NCBI GenBank assembly: GCA_964016885.1
Contig: OZ024741.1
Span: 288,920,001 to 288,984,000 of the forward strand
Direction of reading: 5' to 3'
Origin: Eledone cirrhosa
Taxonomy: Eukaryota
Length of the DNA stretch: 64,000 nt
Below are positions 42,021 through 56,470 of this stretch, piece after piece. Within the stretch, counting starts at the first letter, position 1; every line of letters starts with the position of its first letter. The notes under the pieces are model-generated. The model worked only from the letters and a program-made list of their open reading frames with translations, was not told the DNA's origin and ran no database searches. The position numbers were made by a program, and so were the translations under genes.

Positions 42021-42587
42021 TCACTATAAACATTAACTAAAGTTTAATTCAACATATGTCATGGAAAAATCTGCAAAAACTGTATGTTTCTCAACACACA
42101 TTAATTCGAACACCATCAATATCCAACATCCACCTTAGACTCTAATACATTAACATATTTGCTTTAACTGCAGTATTTATTCATATATATATGCATAATA
42201 GCTTTGCTTGTCTCCTTCTCATGTATATGACTTACGCAGTCGCACTATCCACACGCCTGCATATGAACTGTTATCGCACTCTTCCTTTCTCAAAACTGCT
42301 TTCTCAATGCCTCTTTAATATTTGGACTGTTCTCTTGTTTTAACTGTTGCATCTATTCCACTCCGTGCTTTTGATTTTAATTTAATTTTAATTTTAATTT
42401 TAATTTTAATTTTAATTTTAATTTGAACTTGTATGTTTGTACAATTATTGTACAATTCTCGTAAAATATATGTCAGATCCATTCCACCCTGTAAATACGA
42501 AACTGGTGCTCACAACATCAATTTATATGTATCTATATTATTGTTCAGTTGAATAGGAGGTTAATTATATGTGCAAACATTGATAAT

Positions 42588-42632
42588 GCTCCGATGACTC
42601 CAAACGAGAGTTTGGAAGAAACGATTGTCAGC
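42588..42632 (+). ncRNA. Hammerhead motif with CCGAUGA core variant
   Basis: gct-CCGATGA-ctccaaacgagagtttggaa-GAAA-cgattg-TC-agc. Confidence 0.65.
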
Positions 42633-42908
42633 TATTAAATGATTTGAACACAACTTTGGTAATTGTATAATTTATTTATTTAACTGCTCTGTAAAACAAC
42701 TGATGTTCATACATTGAGCTATTTCTCTTACTGGTAATAAGGTTATTAGGAAATTACTGACCTTCCTGTTTATGGTTGTTTATACTATATACATAACTAT
42801 AAATAGTATTATTATTATATATATATATATATATATATACATACATATATATATATATATGTATATATATACATATACATATATATGTATATATATGTAT
42901 ATATATAC

Positions 42909-43015
<107 letters not shown>

Positions 43016-43030
43016 CTTGTATATATATCA

Positions 43031-43086
<56 letters not shown>

Positions 43087-43232
43087 AGGGAGGGTAACCT
43101 CAAGTTACTGTAGGTTCACCCAGGTGATCACTGGGTGTTTAGGTTCACGTTTGTTGCAAGGTGTAGAGCTAAACAGAGTGTAATATGATAATTCAAGGAC
43201 GATTTGTTAAGCCTTTCTTTACGTTTATGATT

Positions 43233-43317
43233 GGCGACGCACGTTTCATTATTGATCAGCTCAAGGTTCAATCTGTATCGTTCAGGCCCGACTCTGGAAT
43301 CAAAAGCTCGTCGGACC
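43233..43317 (-). ncRNA. Family E hammerhead relative, CCGACGA core (duplicate at 45980-46064 reads TCGACGA)
   Basis: Minus: ggt-CCGACGA-gc...aaccttgagctgatcaataat-GAAA-cgtgcg-TC-gcc. Shares aaccttgagctgatca with the 19481 copy. The base of helix II is eroded. Confidence 0.55.
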
Positions 43318-43330
43318 TCTGCTGTTGTAA

Positions 43331-43392
<62 letters not shown>

Positions 43393-43503
43393 TGAAGTTT
43401 CCGTTGAAAATTGAAAATGTCATAGGAGTGAAGAGTGCTCTATGTAAGTTACAGAGGTAAATTTAATGTATAATAAACAATACAAAACAAGGCAATATAT
43501 TGC

Positions 43504-43569
43504 CTTGTCTGACGAACGAATGCGGATGTTTCTTGTGTTCGTCTTATTCGGGAAACCTCTGGTAATGAG
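43504..43569 (+). ncRNA. Type I hammerhead ribozyme motif, family I (duplicate at 46259-46324)
   Basis: cttgt-CTGACGA-acgaat...attcgg-GAAA-cctctgg-TA-atgag, inside a small inverted-arm element at 43465-43600. Confidence 0.65.
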
Positions 43570-44337
43570 ATAATTATATTGTATTGTTTATTATACATTA
43601 TATATATACATATAGACCCCAAACAACGTTGTATATGTCTGTATTAGAACTATATATTGCTAATGTAATGTAAGTAATATTTTAATGACCTGCTGGGTTC
43701 TATGTCACTTTTCTTTTTGTGACATATTAAAATGTATTCATAACATAAGAGCTCTCTGCCCTTGGTATATTCACGTCAAATTTATATTGAGCAGTTGTGG
43801 TGCACCAAGTCGATATTTTGTTTATCAATATCAATTCATATTTTATATTTCTATTCCCGATTTTTTAATATATCGGTAGAGTTGCTTTATAGTTTGCGAG
43901 TGAGTTATGTTTAGTGAACTATTTTTACCTCAGTTCTCACATGTGAGTTGCTGTCTCGACTCAGAGTTAATTATGGATAGTTAATCTCTTGTCTAATTAA
44001 TAAGATGACTTATTGAAGAAGGTCGGTTTCTTAGCATTACTAATTATCCCTTTAAATATGGTAATTTTTCAGTTTTCTCAGGACCTCAAGAATATTGTTT
44101 AAGTCTGTGTTAGAACTATATATTGCTAATGTAATATAAGTTGTATTTTTAATGGTCTGTTTGGTTCTATATTATTAGTTATATTTTTGCAATATATTAA
44201 AATGTTATGTCCATAATATTATTTCTATGAGTGTGCTCATTTTTTGTGCGTGGGGGTATTTTCGTGCCAGGTTTACATTGAGCCGTTATGGTGCAGTGAA
44301 TCGATATTTTGTATATCGATATAAATTCATTTGTATG

Positions 44338-44411
<74 letters not shown>

Positions 44412-44423
44412 CATGCATATATA

Positions 44424-44478
<55 letters not shown>

Positions 44479-44608
44479 CAGAAAAAAGAGAATCAGTGTT
44501 GCGACGAAAGGAATTTATTGGACATATTACAATTGTTTCTCAGACGACCAGCTCGAGGAAAGATCGATGTGGTGATCAAACCTGACTCTAAAATTATATA
44601 TATATATA

Positions 44609-44708
<100 letters not shown>

Positions 44709-45506
44709 GATGTATATATGTATGTATATATGTATATATATATATCGAGAGACAGAGAGAGTGAGAATAAGAGAAAGAGAGAAGGGAAGAGTGAAGGAGA
44801 GACAGAGAGAGAGAGAGAGAAAGATATATATAGAGATAGATAGATAGATAGATAATTTAGGTATAAAATGTTAGAACAGTATAAAAGTAAAGCACAATAA
44901 AATAAACGTATATACGTTTAAGGGTTAAAAGTAGTTATATAAAACGTCTGAACGCTACGAACGCTTGTTAACTAGCTTAATAATAGGTTTGATATTGGTT
45001 ACATATATTTATATATATATATATATACATTCTGAATGCATCCGCCAAAAACCGGGGTTACCTCCCTTGCAGGGTAAACACGTGGTGTAGCCAGTCCACC
45101 ACTACTACTGCATTGGAGCCCGCTCGCCGGCTGAGAACAAAATACCTGTTGACGAAATGGCAGCCTTGTTCTATCTACCTTAAGCTTACAACGAAAGCAG
45201 GTAGTATAATCGATATAGGTGTCACAGAAACCTCCCACTGGATTATACCATCAATTTCCAGGAGGTCCAGGTAAATTCCTTTGTTAATCTGTTTAGCTTC
45301 CTTCGCTTTTTTGGCTCCGGTGGCTGATAGCTTCATGACCACCGTTTTCATTTTGTCTGGCCTCTATAACGTATGTTTATTGCTCTGGTCTTCTTTCAGT
45401 CAATTGAGCACTTGCCGCATATCTCGAACATTGCGTTTCGCTTTGTTTTTGACCACTGCCGAAATACGATCTCGCTGAAATTATATGTGTATATATATAT
45501 ATATAA

Positions 45507-45618
45507 AGGAAAAGAGTCAGGACCCCGACGGCTGAGCTCCGGCCGTTTCGACAGCTAGTTCAGACCTAGCCGTCGAAACGGCTGGAGCTCAGCCATCGGG
45601 GTCCTGACTATTTTCCTA
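45507..45618. repeat. GC-rich hairpin with about 45-50 bp arms (duplicate near 48284-48395)
   Basis: agtcaggaccccgacggctgagctccggccgtttcgacagctag versus ctagccgtcgaaacggctggagctcagccatcggggtcctgact. Confidence 0.8.
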
Positions 45619-45692
45619 TTACCCACTCTACTATCCAATATTGAGTACTCTGGTGCTTTATGGTCCACCTGGTTCCTTACCACACTTCCTTT

Positions 45693-45760
<68 letters not shown>

Positions 45761-45780
45761 CTTGTATATATATCACTATT

Positions 45781-45833
<53 letters not shown>

Positions 45834-46077
45834 AGGGAGGGTAACCTCAAGTTACTGTAGGTTCACCCAGGTGATCACTGGGTGTTTAGGTTCACGTTTG
45901 TTGCAAGGTGTAGAGCTAAACAGAGTGTAATATGATAATTCAAGGACGATTTGTTAAGCCTTTCTTTACGTTTATGATTGGCGACGCACGTTTCATTATT
46001 GATCAGCTCAAGGTTCAATCTGTATCGTTCAGGCCCGACTCTGGAATCAAAAGCTCGTCGAACCTCTGCTGTTGTAA

Positions 46078-46145
<68 letters not shown>

Positions 46146-47092
46146 ATTGAAGTTTCCGTTGAAAATTGAAAATGTCATAGGAGTGAAGAGTGCTCTATGT
46201 AAGTTACAGAGGTAAATTTAATGTATAATAAACAATACAAAACAAGGCAATATATTGCCTTGTCTGACGAACGAATGCGGATGTTTCTTGTGTTCGTCTT
46301 ATTCGGGAAACCTCTGGTAATGAGATAATTATATTGTATTGTTTATTATACATTATATATATACATATAGACCCCAAACAACGTTGTATATGTCTGTATT
46401 AGAACTATATATTGCTAATGTAATGTAAGTAATATTTTAATGACCTGCTGGGTTCTATGTCACTTTTCTTTTTGTGACATATTAAAATGTATTCATAACA
46501 TAAGAGCTCTCTGCCCTTGGTATATTCACGTCAAATTTATATTGAGCAGTTGTGGTGCACCAAGTCGATATTTTGTTTATCAATATCAATTCATATTTTA
46601 TATTTCTATTCCCGATTTTTTAATATATCGGTAGAGTTGCTTTACAGTTTGCGAGTGAGTTATGTTTAGTGAACTATTTTTACCTCAGTTCTCACATGTG
46701 AGTTGCTGTCTCGACTCAGAGTTAATTATGGATAGTTAATCTCTTGTCTAATTAATAAGATGACTTATTGAAGAAGGTCGGTTTCTTAGCATTACTAATT
46801 ATCCCTTTAAATATGGTAATTTTTCAGTTTTCTCAGGACCTCAAGAATATTGTTTAAGTCTGTGTTAGAACTATATATTGCTAATGTAATATAAGTTGTA
46901 TTTTTAATGGTCTGTTTGGTTCTATATTATTAGTTATATTTTTGCAATATATTAAAATGTTATGTCCATAACATTATTTCTATGAGTGTGCTCATTTTTT
47001 GTGCGTGGGGGTATTTTCGTGCCAGGTTTACATTGAGCCGTTATGGTGCAGTGAATCGATATTTTGTATATCGATATAAATTCATTTGTATG

Positions 47093-47174
<82 letters not shown>

Positions 47175-47186
47175 CATGCATATATA

Positions 47187-47285
<99 letters not shown>

Positions 47286-47417
47286 CAGAAAAAAGAGAAT
47301 CAGTGTTGCGACGAAAGGAATTTATTGGACATATTACAATTGTTTCTCAGACGACCAGCTCGAGGAAAGATCGATGTGGTGATCAAACCTGACTCTAAAA
47401 TTATATATATATATAAC

Positions 47418-47478
<61 letters not shown>

Positions 47479-48469
47479 ATAGATGTATATATGTATGTAT
47501 ATATGTATATATATATATCGAGAGACAGAGAGAGTGAGAGTAAGAGAAAGAGAGAAGGGAAGAGTGAAGGAGAGACAGAGAGAGAGAGAGAGAAAGATAT
47601 ATATAGAGATAGATAGATAGATAGATAATTTAGGTATAAAATGTTAGAACAGTATAAAAGTAAAGCACAATAAAATAAACGTATATACGTTTAAGGGTTA
47701 AAAGTAGTTATATAAAACGTCTGAACGCTACGAACGCTTGTTAACTAGCTTAATAATAGGTTTGATATTGGTTACATATATTTATATATATATATATACA
47801 TTCTGAATGCATCCGCCAAAAACCGGGGTTACCTCCCTTGCAGGGTAAACACGTGGTGTAGCCACTCCACCACTACTACTGCATTGGAGCCCGCTCGCCG
47901 GCTGAGAACAAAATACCTGTTGACGAAATGGCAGCCTTGTTCTATCTACCTTAAGCTTACAACGAAAGCAGGTAGTATAATCGATATAGGTGTCACAGAA
48001 ACCTCCCACTGGATTATACCATCAATTTCCAGGAGGTCCAGGTAAATTCCTTTGTTAATCTGTTTAGCTTCCTTCGCTTTTTTGGCTCCGGTGGCTGATA
48101 GCTTCATGACCACCGTTTTCATTTTGTCTGGCCTCTATAACGTATGTTTATTGCTCTGGTCTTCTTTCAGTCAATTGAGCACTTGCCGCATATCTCGAAC
48201 ATTGCGTTTCGCTTTGTTTTTGACCACTGCCGAAATACGATCTCGCTGAAATTATATGTGTATATATATATATATATATATAAAGGAAAAGAGTCAGGAC
48301 CCCGACGGCTGAGCTCCGGCCGTTTCGACAGCTAGTTCAGACCTAGCCGTCGAAACGGCTGGAGCTCAGCCATCGGGGTCCTGACTATTTTCCTATTACC
48401 CACTCTACTATCCAATATTGAGTACTCTGGTGCTTTATGGTCCACCTGGTTCCTTACCACACTTCCTTT

Positions 48470-48517
<48 letters not shown>

Positions 48518-48747
48518 CATACACACATATATATGTATATACATATACCGATATATATATATATATATGTGTGTGTGTGTATAAATATATATATGTATGT
48601 GTTTGTGTGTGTGTCTGAATGGAATATGATCACTTTAATATCTTTTTATCCCCAACTTTCTCTCTACGCCACTCACCTACACACCAGGCTACACTACATT
48701 TTCCGTTCAATTTCACACATGTATAATATATATAAACATATCTGAGT

Positions 48748-48803
<56 letters not shown>

Positions 48804-49293
48804 TTATATATATGTGTGTGTATGTGTGTGCGTGTGTATGTTTATATATATATGTGTGTGTGTGTGTGTATGTGTGTGTGTGTGTGCGTGTGTGTGTATA
48901 CATATATTTTCTCTAATTCAATCTTTTCTCTCTGATATTTTTCTCGCAGTTTCTCATTCTCTCGTTCGTTTGTCGGTTTGCCTGATTGTCTGTTTGTCCC
49001 CCCCCCCCTTCCTATCTGTCTCCCCCTCACTCTCTCTCTTCTTCTCTCTCTTTCTCTCTCTCTCTCTCTCCTCCCTCTCCCTCTCTCGTTTTCTCGCTTG
49101 AACGCTCCAGTGCTCTTTTACTAATAACTAACGGTAATGACACACTTGAAATACGCAAAAATGGCGGTAAAATGGGAGGAAAGGTTGGAGGTCGGAGTTG
49201 TGTAAGGCAGAGGCTGCCACGTAACTAACGAATCTCTGCTTGGCGTGTGTGCGTATGTGTGTGCATGCGAGTATGTATGTGTGTGCGTGTGCG

Positions 49294-49329
<36 letters not shown>

Positions 49330-49399
49330 GGTATTGTTTTGTGTTTGTGTTAACGTTTAGGTTAAGGTTAACTTTGTTTTGGTATGATGCGTTTTCATT

Positions 49400-50030
49400 C
49401 CTCCATCACCACCTCCACCACTACCAACAACAACAACAACACCAGCAACAACACAACTACCACCACCACTACCACTACCACTACTGTGACCACTATCACC
49501 ACCAGCTTCTTCACTACGTCCTTCCCTACCAACAACCCTACCAAACTGCACAAACGCCATCGTAATAACACCAACACTAGCAGCACAACGACGACCACCA
49601 CCACTACCACCACCAGTAATATCAACTTCACCACCACCATCACCACCACCACCATCATCACGAGTATTAACAAGTTCATCACCACCATCATCGCCAGTAA
49701 TAACAACTTCACCACCACCATCACGAGTATTAACAACTTCACCACCACCATCATCACCAGTATTAACAACTTCACCACCACCATCACCACCAACAACAAC
49801 AACACAATCACAACGACCATCATCACTACCATCTATCACCACCAACACCACCACTACTACCACCATCGCCACCACAAGCAACAATAACAACACCATAACT
49901 ACCACCTACACTACCAACAACAACATCATCACAACCACTACCACTATCACCATCATCACCACCACCACCACGACCACCACCACCACCACCACCACCATCA
50001 CCACCAACGCCGCTGCCACCACCGTCAACC
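49400..50030. repeat. (ACC/AAC)n low-complexity tract
   Basis: Direct reading. Confidence 0.85.
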
Positions 50031-50675
50031 CTCACTACCCTCTCTTTCCAGTAATAAACACTCAGGATATTAGCTATGTAACTATTTTGGGAGGCGTCTG
50101 TTTATTCCGAGTCTATTATGCTTAGCGTAACGACAACAGTTCCGAACTTCCGGTTATTTTGCCTGTCTGCCTGTCTCGATGGCTGGCTGGCCAATTCTTA
50201 TTCTTGTTGTCTGTGATGTTTTTCAAGTTGTTGTTGTTGGTGGTGGTGGTGTTGGTGTTAATGGTGTTATGTATATGTGTGAGAGTGCGTAATGTGAGTT
50301 TTGGTGGTTGAACAGTCGTGGTGATGTTGGTGGTGGTGGTGGTAGAAATGGTGATCTTTATGGTAGTTCTACTGGTGCTGTTAGTGTTAGTATTGGTGTT
50401 GGTGATAGTTATGGTGTTTGTAGTGCGCTGTTGCAAGTTTCTGAACAAAAGTGCCGGGTTCGGTTTGATTGATATAACGGAAGTAGAATTTTCCATCAGA
50501 AGTTACCGACCGACCGACTGACTGCCTGAACGAGCAATCGATTGGTTAGTTTGTGGAACAAACACAATGAAATAAAAGCCAATCAGACAAAAGAGAAATC
50601 CATATATATGGCGGTGAAAAAATGCCGACAAAAAAATGGGAAGAACATACTAATAATGATAATAATAATAATAAT

Positions 50676-51974
50676 GATTTCTTTATTGGCCACAAGGGAC
50701 TCAAGAAAAAACATTACAGACGGTACAGGACGGTGCGGTGTGGGTTCTGTGCGTGTAAAGATTTTTATTATTTATATAAGAAAAGAAAAAAAAGACATAG
50801 AAACATATATATATATATAAACAATAAAAATAAAAATTGAAACAATGAAAAATTCCCTAATTGGGGGGAAACCTCCGAGGGTTACTCGTGGTGAAAACCA
50901 CACAAAAGACCACGGCCACCCTGACCACCAGGGCAAGCGCCCTCTCTCAATTTTTCCATTTCTCAAACTACAGGCTATATTCAGAGCGGTCCCGTTCACT
51001 CGGACCAGACTCGCCACTTTCACCTACCTTTCAACAAACTTGCTAGAAGGCAGCACTTGCCTCTCCGCCCTAATTTTCCTCTTCAAGTGAAACTTGAAAA
51101 AGTTAATTAGGGATTCGCCGAAGAGGAAAGTGTTTGTCTTTAACCCTTTCAACCTTGTCCACCACACAATCTCTTTCGCCATGGCTACCAGGCAGATGAA
51201 GACTGCTTTCCCTTCCTCCTCTTTAGAGGAGGATGGCGGGGCTATCTGCACAATGGATTCAGTCGATAACCGGATCCGTCCTATACGCGACAACAACTGT
51301 TCCACATAGCTCCACAAGTCAGCAATGCTCGGGCACTGAACGAGTGTATGAATGACGGTTTCGTTGCTCTGCGCGCATCTCGGACAGGATCGGCTGACGG
51401 CACTTCCGTGCCTGTAGAGCTTATCTCGAACCGGCAACGCTCCCCCGTAGCACTGCCAGGCCGAGGATTTTGGGAAGTTATCCATAGGCTCTGGTCTGAA
51501 AGTTCTCCGGAAGAGAGCAAACAGCTGATCTTCTTCGACGCCCAGGATCTCTCCGAGAATGTCGTCGCTCCCCCCCCCCCCACTAGTCCTCTATAGAACG
51601 CCGAGGTGGATGTTCCACCGATACTGGTGCGCAGCTGGCAGAGGGCAGTGAGCGCCTGGAGACATTCCAGTTTCCAAGCGCTATCCCTCGGTCTTTTCCT
51701 GACCCAGGACTGCAGCTCCGTCAAGGAGACGAGCTGTGGGAAAACGTGCCTGGCGAACGGCGACCACACCTGTTCACCGCCAAGGAAGCACCAGCCTCAG
51801 CGCATGTTTGCGCATCATCAGCCATGGCATGCCTAGTCTTCCATGCAACGGGTGTTGACAGCAGATGGATCGTCTGACTATGGGAGCGCGTCCCTTCCAC
51901 AAAAAGCGGAAGAGGAGGCGCTCCATTTTGGAGAGAGTTAGGCCGGGGCAAGGGACGACGGTGAGGCGGTAGCA
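50676..51974 (-). mobile_element. Tx1/L1-clade LINE 3' fragment (ORF2 C-terminus with zinc-binding region, 3' UTR)
   Basis: Minus: LLFRFLWKG..SICCQHP, ALPVRDKLYRHG..SCPRCAQSNETVIHTLVQCP. Ends cccttgtggccaataaagaaatc-(ATT)n. Confidence 0.85.
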
Positions 51975-51976
51975 GT

Positions 51977-52890
51977 GCTTTCTTTATTAACCACAAGGGG
52001 TGACACAAAGTATAACATTAAGGACAACACAGGACAATACGGGACGGTACAAATGGGCATTTCTGCGTGTAAAAAAACAAAAACATAGGATGTAACAAAA
52101 AAGAAACAATGAAAAATTGCCTAATAGGGGGGGGGGGGAGACCTCCGAGGGACATTCGTGGAGAAAGCACATTAAAAAGCCACGGCGACCTTGACCACCA
52201 GGGGAAGTGCCCTCTTCCAGTTTTCCTCCTACGATACTACAGGCACACGCTTAGGGTAGGCCCATTCACACGGTCCATTCCTGCCTCTCTCACCCACCTT
52301 TCAACAAACTGGCTGGAAGGCAGCACTTCATAATGATAATATGGGTTTCTTTATATTCCACACAGGGCTAGCATTAAGCAAACAATTAAAACAACATGGG
52401 ACGGTGCGGTAAAGTTCGGATTTTTGTGTGTAAAAAATTATAACGAATAAATATAGAAATATCAAACAAAAGAAATCTCCCAATAGAGAAGAGATTTCCG
52501 AGTTTCACTTGTGGAGAAAACCCACAAAATGCCAGGGTCACCCTGACCCCTAGAGCAAATGTGTACACACAGAGCAGAAACATTTATTCAGGCTGTTCGC
52601 CGCTCTCAGTCAACTTTCAACGAACTGGTTGGAAGGTTGCATTTCCCTCTCCTCCTTCATTTTCTTCTTCAAGTGAAACCTGAAAACGATAATTAGGGAT
52701 TTGCCAAAGAAGAAAATGCTTGTTTTGAACCCTTTCACACGCGCCCATCACATGACATCTTTCGCCATGGCCACCAGGCAGCTCAATCACTGAACGAATG
52801 CGTATAGGAAGGATTTGTCATTCTGCGCGCATCTAAGAGAGGCTCGCTTGACAGCACTTACATGCCTGTAGAATTTATCTCGAAATAGTA
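51977..52890 (-). mobile_element. Two further diverged 3' fragments of the same Tx1-like family
   Basis: 51977-52329 and about 52345-52890 each repeat the 3' UTR and the ctttcaac(a/g)aact(g/t)g motif. Confidence 0.75.
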
Positions 52891-53038
52891 ATACTCCTAG
52901 TTAGAACCACAATAATAACAGTTACAAAACACGAATCCCAATACCAGTTCGAAAATACATAGGTAGAACAAAGTCATCATAACTTAGTGGATAATGATTA
53001 AAGAAAATATAGAAGAACAATACTGTACTCCATTTAAA

Positions 53039-53510
53039 TCAGAGATTCTCAAAGTCAGCGCTACCACCCCCAGGGGGCGTTGAGATGGTCCAGTGGGGGT
53101 GGGGGTGGGGATTAGAGATGATATAATAGTATATTAAATATCAAATAATACATATATATAAATGTTAAAATAAAAAATATATACCGTATTTCCCGGCGTC
53201 GAAGACGCTTCTTTTTTCCTAAAATAAGTCTCAAAAATCTACCATGCGTCCTGGATGCCGAAGGTTGTTTATTATTTTTTTTTCAAATTTTTGGTTGTCA
53301 TAATTAGGGTGCATCCTCGAGGACGAAGCGTCTTCGGCGCCGGGAAATACGGTAATATTTATTTATACATAGTATTTATTATATATGAATTAATGATTTT
53401 ATTTATATATTATTTATAATTTGCGTGTAGGCAGGTCTCTCTGGAAATAGGGTTGAGGGGCGCTGAGGGTTTTTCGTAGCCGTGAGGGGAGCGGTGGCCC
53501 CAAAAATTTA
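53039..53510. mobile_element. Probable hAT-type MITE remnant hosting a nested MITE
   Basis: Left end cagagattctcaaa..ccccagggggcg resembles Charlie-type ends. The right TIR is not recognisable. Confidence 0.4.
53184..53352. mobile_element. Tc1/mariner (pogo-like) MITE
   Basis: 28-bp TIRs ccgtatttcccggcg(t/c)cgaagacgcttc with one mismatch. TA TSD at 53182-53183 and 53353-53354. Confidence 0.85.
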
Positions 53511-54452
53511 AATGTCAAATGAAACATGATTATAGTCGAAGTGACAAATTGGAGGTCAATGAAAATCGAAGATTTAATCATCTTTATATAGAATGTAATA
53601 ATCAAGGAATTATTAGATTAAATATGTTTCTACTATAACCTCCATCATTTGATGGGTAATATACTGGCTACGATATAATTGGCCAAGCTTAAAACTAGAA
53701 TATTTTATTTTCAGCTTAACATCGGAAAATCATTATTGTTGAAATTGTTGTTGTTGTTATTGCCATCGTCGTCGCCGTTGTCGTTGTCGTTGTCGTTGTG
53801 GTTGTCGCTGTTGTCGTTGTCGTTGTTGTTGTTGTTCTTGTTGTTCTTGTTCTTCTTCTTCTTTTGGTATAGGTTTAACATATGAAAACGTTCATTGATA
53901 ACTTAAATTTGGGATTGGTTATGAGGTTGCAACTTCCGCTTAAACTAGACACCATTGTGGTATTTTTGGCTGGTTTCAAACGGTCCACTGGATAAATTTG
54001 TGGTCGGATGTGGTCATTTCTCTTGGTGAAGAAAAAAACTTTCCTCTTTAAATTATAATGGATTCTTCTTTTGATTATCAGTTGTTCGTTAAATGTCTGG
54101 TTGGCTTCGATTGGTTGTTTCACTGGTTGGATGAATGCCTGTATTTTTATGTTACTGTAATTTTGCAGTTATTATTATGATGTGAGCCCTGTGTGGCTAA
54201 TAAAGAAAGCATTATTATAATTCTTGTCATTGTTTCGGTTGTTTTTCTTGTTGATTATGTGGTTGTAGTTGTTGTTCTTTACAGTTTTCTCGACGGAACT
54301 TTGCTTTTTGAGTTTTAAAATGTTTTGTCCCTATACAAAAAAACAATAATAACAAGTAAGGAAATAACGGTGTTATATGTATGTTTGTATACGCAATTAG
54401 TTATGTATATATGTATATGAATATGTGTGTGTGTGAGTGTGTGCGTGCGTGC

Positions 54453-54500
<48 letters not shown>

Positions 54501-54501
54501 A

Positions 54502-54532
<31 letters not shown>

Positions 54533-54536
54533 GCAT

Positions 54537-54596
<60 letters not shown>

Positions 54597-55297
54597 GAAG
54601 AGAGAAACGAAGAAATTATAATGAAAAAACTTAATGAATAAACGAACAACAGTAATGAAGAAGAAGAAGAAGAATAGAAAGAACAAAAGAGACTAAAATA
54701 TGAAAAATAAATAAATAAATAAATGAATAAATAAAAGTGTTACAAAAATGGATGGCCGTCTATAAAGTGGCTCGGTGTAGATTCACTTTTGATTGTGTTG
54801 TGTGAAGAGCGGAAGTGATTTAGCTGTTTGCTGTGAATTTTATTGCGTCATAGTCACGTGTCACAACGGCATTATAACGAGATGCTTGAAAACAAAAACA
54901 ATAATTTTGTTGTTCCTTCCTGTTGAGGTAGTATTTTGTAGAAAGTGGAAGTGAAACTATAGAAAAGAGGAGGGGCTACAGAGATTTCAACTTTACCGAT
55001 TTGTAAATTTATTCACTGATGTGTTTCAGTTACTGATGTTGTTGTTGTTAGTGTAGTTGTCAGCGTTGTGTTTGTTGTTTTGCTGTCGTTGTTGTTGTGA
55101 CTCTTATTGCGGTAGTTGTTGTTGTTGTTGTTGTTGTTGATGTTTGGATCCTATTGCAGTAGTAGTAGTAGTTGTTGTTATTGTTGTTGTTGTTGCTGAT
55201 GTTTGGATCCTATTGCAGTAGTTGTTGTTGTTGTTGTTGTTTTTGTTGCTGTTGTTGATGTTGCTGATGTTGATGTTATTGTTGTTGATGTTATTGT

Positions 55298-55329
<32 letters not shown>

Positions 55330-55997
55330 TTGTTGTTGTTGTTGATGCTGTTGATGTTGTTGTTATGGCTCTTATTGAGGTAGCAGTTGTTGCATTTGTA
55401 ATTTTCGTTGTGGTTGCTGTTGATGTTATTGTCGTGACAGTTTTTGCCGTTAGTGCTGGTGGGGTTGTTGCAGTTGTCATTGTTGCCTTTGTTGTTGTTG
55501 TTTTTGCTGCAGTCGTTGTTGTTATTGCATCTCTTACTATTAGTGTAGTTGTTAGGCTTGTCGTGGTTGTTGTTTATTTATTTCTTATTGTTGTTTCTCC
55601 GCAAGTCAACCCTAACCGAGCAGACATAGAATTAAAGATGTTCTTGTGGCCGTGATCATGGCGTCTTTGTCTTTGATATTGTGAACTATGAATCCGGTAT
55701 CTAAGAGACACATACTTTATCTGTAATCTGAGGGGCATTGGGCTACTATTTCTAGCCTGACACAAACGAACATATATTTATTTGTGAGTGTTGAGGAGGT
55801 GAATTGGCAGAGTCGTTAGACCGTCCACTAATGGGGTCGATATCGATTCTACCTCTATATCTCTTTCTTACTACAGCTCAATAAGTTTCTCTACTTCTCA
55901 GGGACAAAGCAGTGGTGTTCAGATCTGGAGAAAATCTCCCCTCTGCTAAGTTTAAAATATATACATATAAATACACACATATATATATATATATAAA

Positions 55998-56043
<46 letters not shown>

Positions 56044-56171
56044 AGTATGTTTTGAAACAGTGAGCGAGTTTGAAATTAGAAATATAAGCTGTCACCGTAT
56101 TTTTGACTAAAGATATTTTTAGCCTGATAGTGGGGTTTAGAACCCTCAGAGAAATGGAAAAAGATGAGTAT

Positions 56172-56241
56172 TGGCGTACATAGGAGTCGAACCTACATTT
56201 GGTTATCCAGACCATTGTGCTACCATTACACCAACACATCA
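56172..56241 (-). other. tRNA-like (Pol III A/B box) sequence, inverted copy
   Basis: Reverse complement of 56399-56470 with a few changes. Confidence 0.6.
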
Positions 56242-56398
56242 CCCATTCTTCCATCCTTCCATTCAAATTCTTTAGTAAAAAATACGGTGAAAGCTTATAT
56301 TTCTTTCTAATTACAAACTCGCTCACTGTTTCAATACATACTTACTTGTCATTTACTTGCTAAGAATGTAGCTTCTAATTTGAATGGAAGGAGATGGG

Positions 56399-56470
56399 TG
56401 ATGTGTTGGTGTAATGGTAGCACAATGATCTGGATAACCAAAGATGTGGGTTCGACTCCCATGTACGTCA
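56399..56470 (+). other. tRNA-like (Pol III A/B box) sequence within an inverted-repeat element at 56042-56560
   Basis: A-box tggtgtaatgg, B-box ggttcgactcc, acceptor-like pairing tgatgtgt/gtacgtca. The anticodon arm does not fold cleanly, so I do not call it a tRNA gene. Confidence 0.6.

Noticed and set aside
49384-49887. Thr-rich mucin-like ORF
   Set aside because: (ACC/AAC)n low complexity that is open in several frames on both strands.
54924-54975. let-7-like TGAGGTAGTA..TTGTA
   Set aside because: The seed matches, but the downstream arm pairs only with the 3' part, not the seed half, so there is no credible pre-miRNA hairpin.
56399-56470. Functional tRNA gene
   Set aside because: The anticodon arm does not form a clean 5-bp stem with a 7-nt loop, and the sequence is duplicated within a repeat.
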